Shown here piece after piece: positions 17,597 to 31,959 of a DNA stretch of 64,000 bases. Position numbers and translations under genes: made by a program. Every line of letters starts with the position of its first letter. Within the stretch, counting starts at the first letter, position 1. The notes beneath the pieces were generated by a model that was given only the letters and a program-made list of their open reading frames with translations, did no database searches and was not told where the DNA came from. Location: contig OZ024743.1 of NCBI GenBank assembly GCA_964016885.1, positions 303,986,001 through 304,050,000 of the forward strand, written 5' to 3'. This stretch comes from Eledone cirrhosa. Taxonomy: Eukaryota.

Positions 17597-19999
17597 ATGG
17601 ATTATTACAACATAACCAATTCAACTAAAGACATTCCTATACCTGGTAAATCCGAATTCACCAAACTTCTTATTGAAAAAACTGACTCTTTCGTAAGAAG
17701 ACTTAGATGGACAGCCTATTTCTATGACCAGCGCCTAAAAGGGAACTTTCATACCAAAGAACACAACTTCCTCGATCATCTTTTTAATTCTAGACGAAAT
17801 CCTCCTTCCAACAAAAATCTAGCACAATTCGAGGAAGAATTAACTAAAATAATAAAAAATCTTAAATTCAAGAGATACCCTTACAAAGGACAAGAGCACC
17901 TTGTAAATCTCAAGAACACAATCTCTAACCTAAATTCCTCAAAAAATGTTTTAGTCCACTCTGACAAAACCAATAACCTATATGGTATTTGCAAGGATAA
18001 TTATAACAACCTTATCCTAAAGGAACTTAGGAAAAAGTATCGTAAAACCAACCATGAAAATTTAGAATGCATAAACCTTGAAGCCTATGAGATTATGTCA
18101 AAACTTGGCATTGAAAAAAAGACCGAACCATTCCTCCCAAGAACTCCGAGGATAAATCTCAAGGATCACAAAAACAATTTTCGCACTGAACTACCTGTTA
18201 GATTAATCGCCCCCTCTAAATCTGATCTGGGGGTTGTTAGTAAAGCCATCTTGGATAGGATTATCCCACAGGTTAGTTCTAATTGCTCTTCTTTAAACCT
18301 AAATTTATGGTTTGGTACTTCTGAAGTGATTGGCTGGTTCAACAAATTGGATAATAAAAACAAACTAAAATTTATTCAATTCGATATTGCCAGCTACTAT
18401 TCCTCCATTGCGCCTTCACTTCTCAATAATGCTCTATCTTTCGCACTTAAATATTCTGACATCACCACATATGAACTTCACATCATCCTCACCGCACGTA
18501 AAACCATCCTAGAGTTCAACAACGAATATTGGACCAGAGCCGATACCTCTAACAACTTCGACATCACAATGGGAGCATCCGATTCATCCCAATTGACTGA
18601 TTTAATTGGTATCTTCATTTTGAACTCTTTGAGTCGGAAAATTCCTCAACTTCGCGGTGGAATTTATCGTGACGATGGACTCTTTACTATCCTAAATTGC
18701 AATATAGTTAAACTTAATATTATTAAGAACAATATACGTAATCTCTTTAACCAACATAACCTAAAAATTGAATTTGATAATAGTATCAAACTAGCTAATT
18801 TCTTGGATGTATCTCTTAATCTTGACACTGGCCTATATTACCCTTACCATAAAAACAATGAGAATCTTAATTATGTTAACTTTAAATCTAACCATCCTAC
18901 CAATATCAAGAATGCTATAGTTAATAATATTGGAAATAGAATATCTAACATATCTTCTAATAAATACATCTTTGATGCTAACGCCAATTACTATAATAAC
19001 GCACTTTCTAAAGCCGGCTATCCAGATAAAATCAAATATAATAAAGAAACAAATTCTAGGAAAACTTACAGTAGAATAATTAATCATGACCATTCCAATA
19101 ATTTTAATAAAAGACCTAGATACAAAAACATAATCTGGTATAATGCTCCTTTCTCCATCTCTATTAATAACAATATTCCTAAATTATTTTTTAGTGCCTT
19201 AAATAAATGCTTCCCTCCCTCACATATCTATAGTAAAATATTTAACAAACACACCATCAAATTTTCGTATTCTACATCCTCCAATATTTCCAACATCATC
19301 TCTAAACACAACAACAAAATATTAAATACTAAATCTCTTCCTTCCAATATTGAATTTCATAATAACAGTAATAGTACTCCCGACGTCATTGTAAACCGTA
19401 GGCTAACTTCTGTAAACCCAAATACAACGTCAAACACAACTTCGCTAAATGTTCATAATCCAACTCTAAATCAAGAAACTATTATTGCTATTATTCCTAT
19501 CGCAAACAACTTCTCCAATCCAATTTCTTCTATAGATAACACTAGATCACTCATTAATAATCTCTCTAATTGCAACTGCCGCATTAAAAATAAATGTCCT
19601 CTCAACAACCATTGCCTCGATAAAAACTTAATTTATGAATGTAAAATTATAACTAGCACCAATTCCTTCACCTATTTTGGCTCCACTTCCACCTCTTTTA
19701 AAGCTCGTCTCTATAATCATCATTCATCTTTCAAATACAAACTTAAAAGAACTAACACTGCTCTCTCAGAACTCATATGGTCCTTAAAAGACAAAACCAT
19801 TAAATATAACATCTTTTGGAAAAAGATTTCTTCTGCATCCTCAGACTTGAACAGCTCTCTATCTAAAATCTGTAATCTCTGCCTAAATGAAAAATTTACC
19901 ATTATCTCTAACCTAGATTCTATAATAAATAGACGCTCAGATTTGTTTTCTATCTGCCTGCATAAATTCCATAGAACTTTTCACAAAGTATACAGTTAA
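17597..19999 (+). CDS. PLE polyprotein: reverse transcriptase + Cys-rich linker + GIY-YIG endonuclease (800 aa from ATG 17597; alternative ATG at 17570)
   Basis: RT motifs FDIASYYSSI, ITMGASDS, IYRDDG, FLDV, YVNFKSNHP; CNCRIKNKCPLNNHC; LIY...YFGST...FKARLYNH; CNLCLNEK; start chosen by similarity to the N-terminus at 58525. Confidence 0.93.
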   Translation: MDYYNITNSTKDIPIPGKSEFTKLLIEKTDSFVRRLRWTAYFYDQRLKGNFHTKEHNFLDHLFNSRRNPPSNKNLAQFEEELTKIIKNLKFKRYPYKGQEHLVNLKNTISNLNSSKNVLVHSDKTNNLYGICKDNYNNLILKELRKKYRKTNHENLECINLEAYEIMSKLGIEKKTEPFLPRTPRINLKDHKNNFRTELPVRLIAPSKSDLGVVSKAILDRIIPQVSSNCSSLNLNLWFGTSEVIGWFNKLDNKNKLKFIQFDIASYYSSIAPSLLNNALSFALKYSDITTYELHIILTARKTILEFNNEYWTRADTSNNFDITMGASDSSQLTDLIGIFILNSLSRKIPQLRGGIYRDDGLFTILNCNIVKLNIIKNNIRNLFNQHNLKIEFDNSIKLANFLDVSLNLDTGLYYPYHKNNENLNYVNFKSNHPTNIKNAIVNNIGNRISNISSNKYIFDANANYYNNALSKAGYPDKIKYNKETNSRKTYSRIINHDHSNNFNKRPRYKNIIWYNAPFSISINNNIPKLFFSALNKCFPPSHIYSKIFNKHTIKFSYSTSSNISNIISKHNNKILNTKSLPSNIEFHNNSNSTPDVIVNRRLTSVNPNTTSNTTSLNVHNPTLNQETIIAIIPIANNFSNPISSIDNTRSLINNLSNCNCRIKNKCPLNNHCLDKNLIYECKIITSTNSFTYFGSTSTSFKARLYNHHSSFKYKLKRTNTALSELIWSLKDKTIKYNIFWKKISSASSDLNSSLSKICNLCLNEKFTIISNLDSIINRRSDLFSICLHKFHRTFHKVYS

Positions 20000-20979
20000 T
20001 ATTCAATTCTTTATCAATTTAGAATCTTTTCTCAAAGGCACATATACATACACCTCTTTAAAATATACCCATCTACCTTACTTTAAAGGGCATTATACAC
20101 TCTATAATACTCGTTTACTCATTACCCTCATTCTATCTTCTCGTAAAATAATAACATTTGTTTTTGACATTTTGAATATTCATCCGCAATTATTATTATT
20201 TTTTCTCTCTATCATAAATCTTTTTAATCTGAATTTCATCCTTAATTTATTATTATTTTTTTCACCCCATCAACGAACTCATTATTAATACATATCAATT
20301 CAATATACAAACTTTAACTTCACATTATTTTCTCAAATCCTTCTACACGCAAACCTTAACAATTTTTCTCTTCGCTAATTTTGAAATTGCCACAATACAT
20401 ACATTTCTTCTTTTGACGTTAGAATATTCACCCACAATTATTATTTTTTTCTCTCTATCTTCATACTTAATTTCCCTTCGTTAATTTTCAAATTCCTTTA
20501 ATTTATACATTATCTTCCAACGGTTCCCTACCTATCTATATTAAAACAATATATCTTTTTCTCAGTTATAAAAACTATCTCTTTCTCTCTATCACCCATC
20601 TCTCCCTCTCCCCTTCACTCTCATCTCCTCCCCCCTTTTTTTCATCCTTTCCACCCTCCACCCTCCCTAAATAAAATATTTTTTCCTCGCACATATCCTC
20701 CCTTCGTTAATTTTCAAAATTTTTAATTTATACAGTATCTTCCAACGGTTTTCAACCCCTCTATGTAAAAAATATATCTCCTCTCAGTTATAAAAACTAT
20801 CTCTTTCTCTCTATCACCCATCTCTCCCTCTCATCTCCTTCCCTTTTCATCCTTCTCCCCCCTCTCTAAATAAAATATTTTTCCCAATATCACACATCAA
20901 TCTAAAACCACTTTTCATATGTTGATTTAAAACTGCACTATCAACAAGTGTTTTTTAGCCTTCATATCATGTTCTCCTG

Positions 20980-21046
20980 TTTTATCTGATGAAAACACAA
21001 ATATTATTGCTTGATGATGTTTGTTTTTGAAATGCGCATAATAAAA
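20980..21046 (+). ncRNA. Type I hammerhead ribozyme in 3' pLTR
   Basis: Same motif as 17324-17390, 3656 nt downstream. Confidence 0.82.
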
Positions 21047-21082
21047 TATATGGAACTCCTTTAACCATCTTTTGATCTTATA

Positions 21083-21556
<474 letters not shown>

Positions 21557-22065
21557 ATATATATATATATACATAAGTTTAACAGTAAGAAAGATGCCTC
21601 GACCACTAGCCACGTGACGATTCTTAGCCATTTTGAATTCATTTCTTGCGGAGACTTTGCAAGAAAAATCCTGAGGATTTCCAATCTCGTTGATTTATCC
21701 AAGATCGGATATATCCAAAAATGGAATGAAACTGCCGGTAGTAGAGATATTTTGATGATGTTGGTATATTTATGTACATTTTTTCTTCTAACTTTAATTT
21801 TGTACCTAATTATGTATGGTTAAATATATGTCTCGTCAATTTCTACAGGCTATCAGAAATACCGGATAAATTTTCTGTAGATGTGGGTCGCAGATAATAA
21901 GCTATATCATTTACCTCTTATTTCTTCATAAGTATATTTTAAACTTATAGCCTCGTTTAAATGATTTTTTGTGTGGTTTGATTTATGCAGATTGTGAGAA
22001 GAAATAGTGTATATATTTTATCTAATGATTCTATGGACTTATTATATATATATACAATATTTAGT

Positions 22066-22591
<526 letters not shown>

Positions 22592-22683
22592 CTTTTTCAT
22601 AAATAGACATGAAGACGAACTAGCCAGTTTTAGAATTCCCTTTTTCGGACTATATTACTGTGAGAGCCCTGGTTTTCTGTTGA

Positions 22684-22765
22684 GCTCTGCTGATGAATGG
22701 AATTCCAACCGTGACCATTTCCACTGAAAGTTTTCATGAAATAGTCTTTTAAGACTATACAGAGC
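22684..22765 (+). ncRNA. Canonical type I hammerhead ribozyme with stable helix III
   Basis: gctctg-CTGATGA-atggaa...tttcat-GAAA-tagtct(ttta)agacta-TA-cagagc. Confidence 0.85.
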
Positions 22766-23015
22766 ATTTGATGTTATTCCAAATTGAAGGATAAGTGTTT
22801 CAAACTTTGTTTTATCATGAGTTAAAGGTCTATAGATTTTTCCCTGGATTTTACTAAATTCTGTGGATGAATTTGTATCCTGATTCTCTTTTGAGATGAG
22901 TTTGAGTTATTTTTCCTAAATCTTCCGTTAACTACTTTTCCCATCTTGACGTTATAGTCGCATATATGTTATAGAATGCCGTTAGCTTCTTGCTAAAACA
23001 ATCTCTATACCTCTC

Positions 23016-23071
<56 letters not shown>

Positions 23072-23125
23072 ATACAAGAAGTGTAAGTCAACAGGTTAAA
23101 ATTAACTTTGTTTTATGCATATTCA

Positions 23126-23184
23126 CTGTTATATATATATTTCGGTGATAAACATTATGCAAGCGCTATGACCTCATCAGACAG
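23126..23184 (-). ncRNA. Type I hammerhead ribozyme with (UA)n helix III
   Basis: Minus strand: ctgt-CTGATGA-ggtcata...tatcacc-GAAA-tatatata-TA-acag. Confidence 0.75.
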
Positions 23185-23342
23185 CTAGAATTTGAACAGA
23201 AAAAAACAGAAAAACATAATGATGGAATAAAGTTTACCTCTGTTATTTCGATTTATTTTTATGCTCAGTGCTGAAGTATGGTGTTGTTTTCTCAAATAAC
23301 TGGTTGCATATATACATGCTACATATATGTATAATGATGTGA

Positions 23343-23670
23343 AGGTGGTTAGAGCGTCGGACTTACAATCGAGAGCTTGTGAGTTCGATTATCTGACCGG
23401 GCTTTGTATTGTGTTCTTAAGCAAGACACTTTATTTCAGGTTGAACCAGTTAATTCAGCTGTGGAAGTGAGTTGCGACGTCGCTGGTGCCAAGCTATATC
23501 GGCCTTTGCCTTTCCCTTGGACAAAAATGGAGGGGTGGAGAGGGGAGAATGGTTTGCAATGGCGACTACTGGTATTACACAAACAACCTTTCTCGGCCTT
23601 GTGCTTCGGTGGGGAACATTCTATGTGCAAATCACATGGGTATTCGTGTCGGAATGGAGTCTTTACAAGC
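23343..23670 (+). mobile_element. tRNA-derived SINE (family B), decayed
   Basis: GGTGGTTAGAGCG A-box-like, GAGTTCGATT B-box-like, followed by TGTGTTCTTAAGCAAGACACTT central motif common in invertebrate SINEs. Confidence 0.65.
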
Positions 23671-25091
23671 TATCCTATGTATAATGCAAATACAATAGAC
23701 TATTGGTGCATTGGAATCCACGTGGTCTGGGCAAATAATATTTTAAAAATCCATTTTGTATGAGAATTATTCTCCGTAATGTGTTCACGTTAATTCAAGA
23801 ATCTATTCATTTTATCATCGAGTAAGTGGGTGGCAGTGGGTATTAATACCAATTGTGTTTCCATGAGACGAAACATGTTTTGTAACGAAAACACGAATAA
23901 TATTTTCACTCCTAGTTTACGATTGGTTTTACGAAACTTGCTGATGGTTTGGGATTTAGGAATAAATATTGTTCCTCTATTCCATCCATAACATTTCACC
24001 CTATTTACAAATATATATAGATATAAAGATAAATGTTGTCATACTATATATCCAGACATAGGACATAACACAAGCAAGGAATCTTATCCTAGCTACTGTC
24101 CCACTTGTTTATGAGAAATTACAACTGACGAAAACAAAGGAGAGTAAGATAAAAGAACAATGGAGGGAATGACACAATGCGGTCAAGGCAAGATTACGTT
24201 AAATAGATCAATGTAAAATTGGAATCAAAGACTGATAGACAGGATATATAAATACAGAAGATTTGTTTATATACTGTAAATGAATGAGTAAAAGATTAAT
24301 GAGTAAAAGAGCCCAAAGATAAGAAGATATATGAATAGAAATAAGCAGTTCGAAGAGATTATTGACGTAGCCATACTAAATGACATGAATATAGCGAGTA
24401 AAATGGTCAATTACTCCGAATTGATAGTAGTGATGGCAATACTGTTTTGAATGTTAGTCGGGAATGTGTAGGTGATACCATTTGCGATTGAGTCATTAGG
24501 GTGGAGCCCATTGAAATGTCAAGATAGTTAAGGCGTTTAGGATACAATGAATCCTGTGTGTCATAAAAATTCAGTACGGTCCTGCGCACATTTTCAGGAA
24601 ACTATATGTTTATTTGTATGTGACTCCGTCCCCACCCCCCAAAAAAAACATTCTGAGTGGCACCTGTACATGTGCCGACCTTTCCAAATTTCCTGTACAG
24701 TGTTTGTGCCTGGAGTTATTTTAAATTATTGTAACAGACACGGCCTTAATTTGAAATTCCAACTGTTGTTTATTGCTGTGTTGATTTCCGCGCTCTCTAT
24801 TTCTGCGTATCTCCATCTTTTTCAGTCCTTCACACTTTGTTCTTACTACAGTCCTTCCCCAAAACTTCTCATCAGGATTTCTTCCTATCCCTTTGTCACT
24901 TGACCGCTGAAATAGTCAGTTTACACGGTCTCCTTTCTACTCTTCTAACCTATATTCTTTCTCTGTATCCATCTACATATCTCTATTTCTCTTTCCCTAT
25001 TTCGCTATTTTTCCAATCATTTGAGGCATCTAAATCTATAATGATTCCCAGAAGACAGCGTTTTATTTGTCCCGGGTGTTATTTCATAATC

Positions 25092-25201
<110 letters not shown>

Positions 25202-26003
25202 GCATATATATATATAATTGTTTCTACAAGGCCAGCAATTACCAGTGCATTACTGGTACTTTATTTTAGTAATTAACGAAAATATACACCCCATATCATT
25301 TCAATTTGTTTCATTACATACACTGCGAAAATGCAAAGCTCCATGCCCAACATAAGGTAAAAACATGTTCTCCCCAGATAAAAGACACAGATAATGTATA
25401 ATTTATTCCGACATGATGGCAGACAAAAAATCCGGACAAACCTAAGACCACCAGGCACACGACCAGAAAAACTGCAGCACGCAAGGGTGCACGCGATTGT
25501 GTATGTGTGGGGGAGGGTTCACTACAGTTGGTCCAAACGCCACAAAAATTATATAAAACATAGCGCTACCAGACCGGCCAGAAAAAGACAAAACAAAGGT
25601 CGACCGCCACTAGTCCTCATTTAACTTATAATCACTACGGATCGGTATCAAATCAAAAGCATGTATTGTATCAGGAAAACAAACCCTGTTAAGCCAAGTA
25701 TAACACCACTGTGATACAACAACAAAGGGAAAAAAACCTGGACCACAGAATCTGCATTTAAGCTATCTTTCACAACCTACGTTGAAATTATTAAATAGAA
25801 AAGTATCCAATAGATAATATGGTACTTTTTATATTTTATTATAAAAAAAACCCATATAGTTAAGCATGCCCTAACATCACGTGATAAATTAATTACTTTA
25901 GAAGGGACACAACCACCCATGTCAAAAAACCACCAATTCAACACTGTTATTTAAAGCAGACGATATTAAAACTCTGCACAATCACACAGAAAGAAGAAAA
26001 TAA

Positions 26004-27148
26004 TCTGTATATATAAAACTGAGGTTGTCTGTCTGTCTATCGATTTTTGGCACACATCTCCTCTTAGAATCTCTCACGGAATTGCACGGAAATTGCTATA
26101 CTTGTACATTGAGCCCTAGCGAAGACATCGGAAAAAGAAATTTCAAATTGACCCGCCCTATCTGACGAAATCGAATATAATGTATCGATTTTTTAGCGTA
26201 AGTAATCAGTTATTTCCCTTTGTTCTGTTTACATTCAGCGTAGCGTCTTACGTTCTCTTTACATTTTCTGCGTGCAAAAATAAAAAAAATGATTTCCCTT
26301 TGTTCTGTTTACATTCAGCGTAGCGTCTTACGTTCTGTTTACATTTTCTGCGTGCAAAAATTAAAAAAATTACGCTGGCAAAAATTAAAAAAATTACGCT
26401 GGCTTTCTCAGCGTTTAAAATGACATTAAAATGACACAATACACGAACAGTTGTCGAGCCAGCAAAATTTTGACCTGCAAAATTCATCAGTTCGAACACT
26501 AAGCTTCCGTTTCGCTACATTTCCATTTAAAAGCCTTTTAAAACAATATTTTTACTTGAAAACAAGTCTATTTAAAGACTACGTAAAACAAGCAAATATT
26601 TCGTAAAAAAAAGCAAAAATTATATAAGTTTATTTAAAATATATGTATCTGTAAATTTCGTTAGGCGTGCAGACAGACAGTCGTGCAGACAGACAGTCGT
26701 GCAGAGAGGTGATATAGGCGTGCAGACAGACAGTCGTGCAGAGAGGTGATCTAGGCGTGCAGACAGACAGTCGTGCAGAGAGTTGATATAGGCGTGCAGA
26801 CAGACAGTCGTGCAGAGAGGTGATATAGGCGTGCAGACAGACATAACTGATAATTTGGTTACGCTAATGTTTTTATCTGCGTTGCAGTGTTTACATTTTC
26901 GATCTTTGTTAATAAATAACCAGTGCAGTTTTTATCCCCAGCATCCTCTTTTGTTATAACATTCGGGTTATCGTTATGTTTTCTTAACTTCATAAGGCAT
27001 ATTGTTGGTTGAGGGAATATTAATCAAAAACACCACATGCAAGTCTGCACAGTAGACACTACAGTTTTTAAGCCAAAAAAGAAACTTAACATTGTAACTT
27101 TAACACAGCTACTGAGCGACCCCGAGCAACGCCGGGCTTTACTGCTAG
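26004..27148 (+). mobile_element. Non-autonomous Helitron with 37-bp minisatellite
   Basis: A|TCTGTATATATAAAACTGAGG ... CCCGAGCAACGCCGGG-CTTTACTG-CTAG|T. Confidence 0.87.
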
Positions 27149-27499
27149 TATATTATAAAGGAACCCATCAGTTTCCACCAAGATGTAGATACAACCCAAA
27201 TTCAAAGTAGATGAAAAATTATACCAAAAGAAGACAACAAGAGAAACAAACAATCAGAGAAAACAAAGGAGAAAAACTACGGAGAAGGAACCAGCTCACC
27301 TACCCAGTCTTCTAGATTAGATTTTTTAAGGGAATAGAAAATCAATGGTATATAAATGAATAATACCTATCTTATTATTTCATTGTTTCTTTTAAATGTA
27401 TATAACGTTTAATTTAAAAAATGTTAAAGGATTCAAGAACAAGTGGAGGTGAGAATTAAAACTATGCATAAATAAATATCTATTAGATGGAAACACTCC

Positions 27500-29180
27500 A
27501 TTGAACGATACTCAGACACGGTGGAGGCAAGAACCAAACATCCCAGATTTTTTTTACTAATAGTCAACTTTCCATTCATAAGAATATAAAAAAAAAACAG
27601 TTGTACATAATTTGTACAAATTTGGCACTCAAGAAATAGAAGAATTTATATAAGGTAAAGCGCCAGAGTGCTTTTGCCACGAAACAGAATAGTTTATATT
27701 TTTATTTTTAAGTGACCAAATTAATTCCGATAAATCGGTACCAAATCTCTTATCCTCTCTCACCAACATGTGGCTGTGACTATACCATCTTTGCCTGAAT
27801 TTAGAGGAAGCAGCACCTATATAAACATATGGCTTATCTTTCGGTTTCACAATGCATTTGCAAACTAGATATGATCAAGAGAGTAATTTTCTAATGGTTA
27901 AGATTAACCATTTATACAATTGCAAATACCTCGGCTGTTATTTAATGATGCAAATCTGTTTTCACACTTCAAGTTGTTGGGACAATTGTTGTCAATCGGG
28001 GAGCTGATTATGCCGTTAGAAATTAGCCGTAAGAGTATTTCTAAGATTTCTATTATCAACCTTAGCAATATTTTTCACTGTGGTTGAGTACGAGAGTCCA
28101 AATGCAGGTCCATCAAAAAACTCTACCATATCTCTGAGCCCTTGGGAAGCACCCATCAAGAGCACCCAATAAAAGGTGGGCTAAACTCCCTCTGATTCCA
28201 AGCGAGAGTGGCGGAGAGTACCATACAATAGAACCAGAGCGAATTTGTTCATTAGGCTCATTGGTTTTACCGGAACTACATCCACTATTGATTGATTTGG
28301 TGTGGTTCTATGGTCTATGCTAAGGATATTGTCATAAGATGTATGTGTATAAGTATTGTTATCTATATATTCAATTGTATCAAGTTTACCTGTTCTATTT
28401 AACGCATCGTTATAATATTTAGCCTTATTATCAAACATTTCTCTATGAGCCGAGAGTCGAGACACCTTGCAGAACGCTGTCAACCATAGCCTTTAAAAAT
28501 TTTCTCCAGTGGCCTGAATGGAAGCCAACACAACCAAGGTTCTCATTTAAATTATAGAATGGGCAGCAAATACAAGACTCAAGTTTCAGTGCTACATACA
28601 AGAAATCAACCATTTTACCACTATTTTCAAGCTCACGCCCAATGCCATAATTGTTAAAACAGTCAGTTATAACCTTCTTCTTTCTACTAAGGGCAACATT
28701 ATTGTGATAAGTCGCCACAAAATGAGCACACGGCACCAACCTCCACCCATCTAAGGCAACTCTCTGTTAACCAAGTTAAGGACAAAGATGCCAACGAGGT
28801 CCGTGACCCGAACTGAGTATGCAGATCCCACAGCAATGTGGAAACCTCCAGGTCCATCAGCTCCAGTCCACAGATCTCCGCCAAAGTCAACAACAGTCCA
28901 TCTAGCGGTAAGAACAATACCAATTTCGTCGCTCGAATGATCAGCAAACCCAATTACAAATGATAAGGCCTTGCTAATTAAGGCTGGAGATATGGACGAC
29001 AATAACAGGTTATATCCAACTGAATCAAACCAGCTTTGTCTTCATGTCTCAGTTCTCCAAACCAGCCAATAACTTCACGTGTACCATTCCATAATTTCAG
29101 TTGGGATCGAAACTTACGAATTGCAATTATTCTGTCCAAGATATGTTTACCAACAACACCCTAGTCAGATTTAGATGATA
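27500..29180 (-). pseudogene. Heavily decayed, 5'-truncated PLE RT + GIY-YIG
   Basis: Fragments SSISPALISKALSF, FHIAVGSAYSVRVTDLVGIFVLN, KMVDFLYVALKL, AKYYNDALNRTG, YVYIGAASSKFRQRWYSH, TDLSELIWSLK are collinear with the 800-aa ORF. Confidence 0.85.
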
Positions 29181-29333
29181 TGGGGTGTAGTGTATATCTT
29201 TCGTTTATCACTAATATAACGTTAATAATACTCCGGATAATGTTTTACCCGTTGAGCGCTTCGCACTTTTTTTATATGTATAACAACGAGTTGATCACAA
29301 ATCAACTAACTCTTTTTTCATTGATTATATATA

Positions 29334-30836
29334 TATTCATAGAAATCTGGGACTTGTTTCTTTCTTCTTCATCACTTTCTGTTGCTTAAACCATTTTGTT
29401 TGTTTACCCTAGCGTCCCCTTTATTTACGTGTCCCAACGACTTTTTTTAGCCGTTGCTCGCACCAACCTGAGGTATATGGCCTTTAAAGCGATGAAATGC
29501 CTACGACGGTTGGAAGGCCACTGATGAAGGACAAACTTTTTCATATGTAACCCATTTGCAACGCCGCAGCTCCATTATTATCATATTTACACATATTTTT
29601 TCCTCTGCTGCTACCCGTCTGTTTCGTTCTTTGTATCTTTACCCTTTCTAGCAGTCTCTCTCTCTCTGCTAGCCTCTTCCTCACCTTTCACTCACTCATT
29701 CTCTGTAACTACCTCTCCTCCTCCCCTTTCTTCCCGTTTGACCTGTCCGTAATCCTTTTCTCGCGCGCTCCTGGCCAAGCCGGTATGAATTTGTTTTTCT
29801 CTCTCTCTCTCTCTCTCGTCTGCGACTTCACAGAACTTATGTTTACCGAATTCGCAGACCAGACCCCTTCTTCCTCCCGTTAGACCTGTGCGAAATTCCT
29901 TCCTTGCTCACATTTCAACCAGGTTTGGTGGTCTTTATTCTCTCGTTCACGATTGCACCGAATTTATATTCATAGAAATCTGGGACTTGTTTCTTTCTTC
30001 TTGTTGCTTAAACCATTTTGTTTGTTTACCCTAGCGTCCCCTTTATTTACGTGTCCCAACGACTTGTTTTAGCCGTTGCTCGCACCAACCTGAGGTGTAT
30101 GGCCTTTAAAGCGACGAAATGCCTACGACGGTTGGAAGGCCACTGATGAAGAACACACTTTTTCATATGTAACCCATTTGCAACGCCGCAGCTCCATTAT
30201 TATCATATTTACACATATATTTTTTCCTCTGCTGCTAGCCGTCTGTTTCATTCTTTGTATATTTACCCTTTCTAGCAGTCTCTCTCTCTCTGTTAGCCCC
30301 TTCCTCACCTGTCACTCACTCCTTCTCTGTCACTACCTCTCCTCCTCCCCTTTCTTCCCGTTTGACATGTCCGTAATCCTTTTCTCGCGCGCTCCTGGCC
30401 AAGCCGGTATGAATTTGTTTTCTCTCTCTCTCTTTCGTCTGCGACTTCACAGAACTTATGTTTACCGAATTCGCAGACCAGACCCATTCTTCCTCCCGTT
30501 AGACCTGTGCGAAATTCCTTCCTTGGTCACATTTCAACCAGGTTTGGTGGTCTTTATTCTCTCGTTCACGATTCCACCGAATTTATATTCATAGAAATCT
30601 GGGACTTGTTTCTTTCTTCTTCATCACTTTCTGTTGCTTAAACCATTTTGTTTGTTTACCCTAGCGTTTCCTTTATTTACGTGTCCCAACGACATTTTTT
30701 AGCCGTTGTCGCACCAACCTGAGGTATATGGCCTTTAAAGCGATGAAATGCCTACGACGGTTGGAAGGCCACTGATGAAGGACAAACTTTTTCATATGTA
30801 ACCCATTTGCAACGCCGCAGCTCCATTATTATCATA
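29334..30836. repeat. Tandem repeat, ~620-630-bp unit, ~2.4 copies
   Basis: ATATTCATAGAAATCTGGGACTTG recurs at ~29334, 29966, 30585; short (TA)n on both sides. Confidence 0.92.
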
Positions 30837-30864
30837 AATATATATATATAGGAATATAAAAAGA

Positions 30865-31455
30865 AAATGTCGCCCTCCATGGCTGAATACAATAAATGTA
30901 ATCTGAGTTTTTCGAATATTAATAATAACATTCGATACGTTTGCAATTATGCAAACAAGCCTCAATATTATAGCCATGTCAGTAGAATGAACACTTCATT
31001 CTTGCTCTTGTGTTGGCATGCGAACAGAACGGCAGACACTAATATTTCTGTATATCACCCTTCATCAGTACAGCTCACTGTTCACCTGCCAAACTGTCGG
31101 AGCTAGTGAAAATATATGCTATTTCCAAAAATACACAGTGACTGATCGGCCTCATTTGCATGTTAGCAGACTGGCCGATCAGTCAAATCTGCATATTTCC
31201 AGAGCCACTGATCAGCCAGATTTGCATAACAGCAGACGGGCTAGTCAGTTTCCTGTATAGGAGCGATAAATGGCCGTCTTTGCCAAATTCAAAGAAAGTT
31301 TCGCTCTACATGGCTGAATACAATAAATGTAATCTGAGTTTTTTTTAATATTAATAATAACATTCGATTCGTTTGCCATTATGCAAAGAAGCCTCGATTT
31401 TTCAGCCATGTCAGTAGAATGAACACTTCATTCTTGCTCTTGTGTTCGCATGCCA
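30865..31455. repeat. ~155-bp direct repeats, ~430 bp apart, flanking degenerate 33-bp repeats
   Basis: CATGGCTGAATACAATAAATGTAATCTGAG...TTCTTGCTCTTGTGTT at ~30878 and ~31309. Confidence 0.8.
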
Positions 31456-31959
31456 AGACAGGAGCATATGTCAAAAATCATATATTTCAAAAAGAAAAAA
31501 CTCTGCACAAAGAACGTTTTTACTGCTTGGAACACCCTTTCAAAAAAAAAATCTTTTTTTGAAAGGCTGGTTCAAGCATTCATTTAAAAACGTTTTAAGA
31601 TATTCTGAGGCTGTGTTCTTGAAACGTTATGCGAAATATTTTTCTAATATATTTATAATCTGTTTTAAAAATTTCCTCCAAGTATTATTTACGGTGATTG
31701 TCGCATACAATACAGTTGCGGGTCTGTAAGTGATCGGTGTAGACGAGGACGTCTAAAGACAGTGAAGACGTCGAAGGGCCGCCAGCAGTTCAAGCATACA
31801 ACCCCTTACCTACTACAGTAGTAATTCCGATCTACGAAACAAATTTGATTGACAGGGACACGACACTATAGTAAAGGACCTGCGTCTACTTGTGATAACA
31901 CAGATACCTAAATATGGATGGTTACGCGATGCCCCACCCCCACCCCCACACAGCCCCTG

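Noticed and set aside
17597-19999. Selenocysteine recoding or permuted domains as in Naiad PLEs; telomerase
   Set aside because: No in-frame TGA, endonuclease is C-terminal, and pLTRs are present
24400-24600. Possible PLE RT relic (LNYLDI...PTHS)
   Set aside because: Too short and degenerate to call
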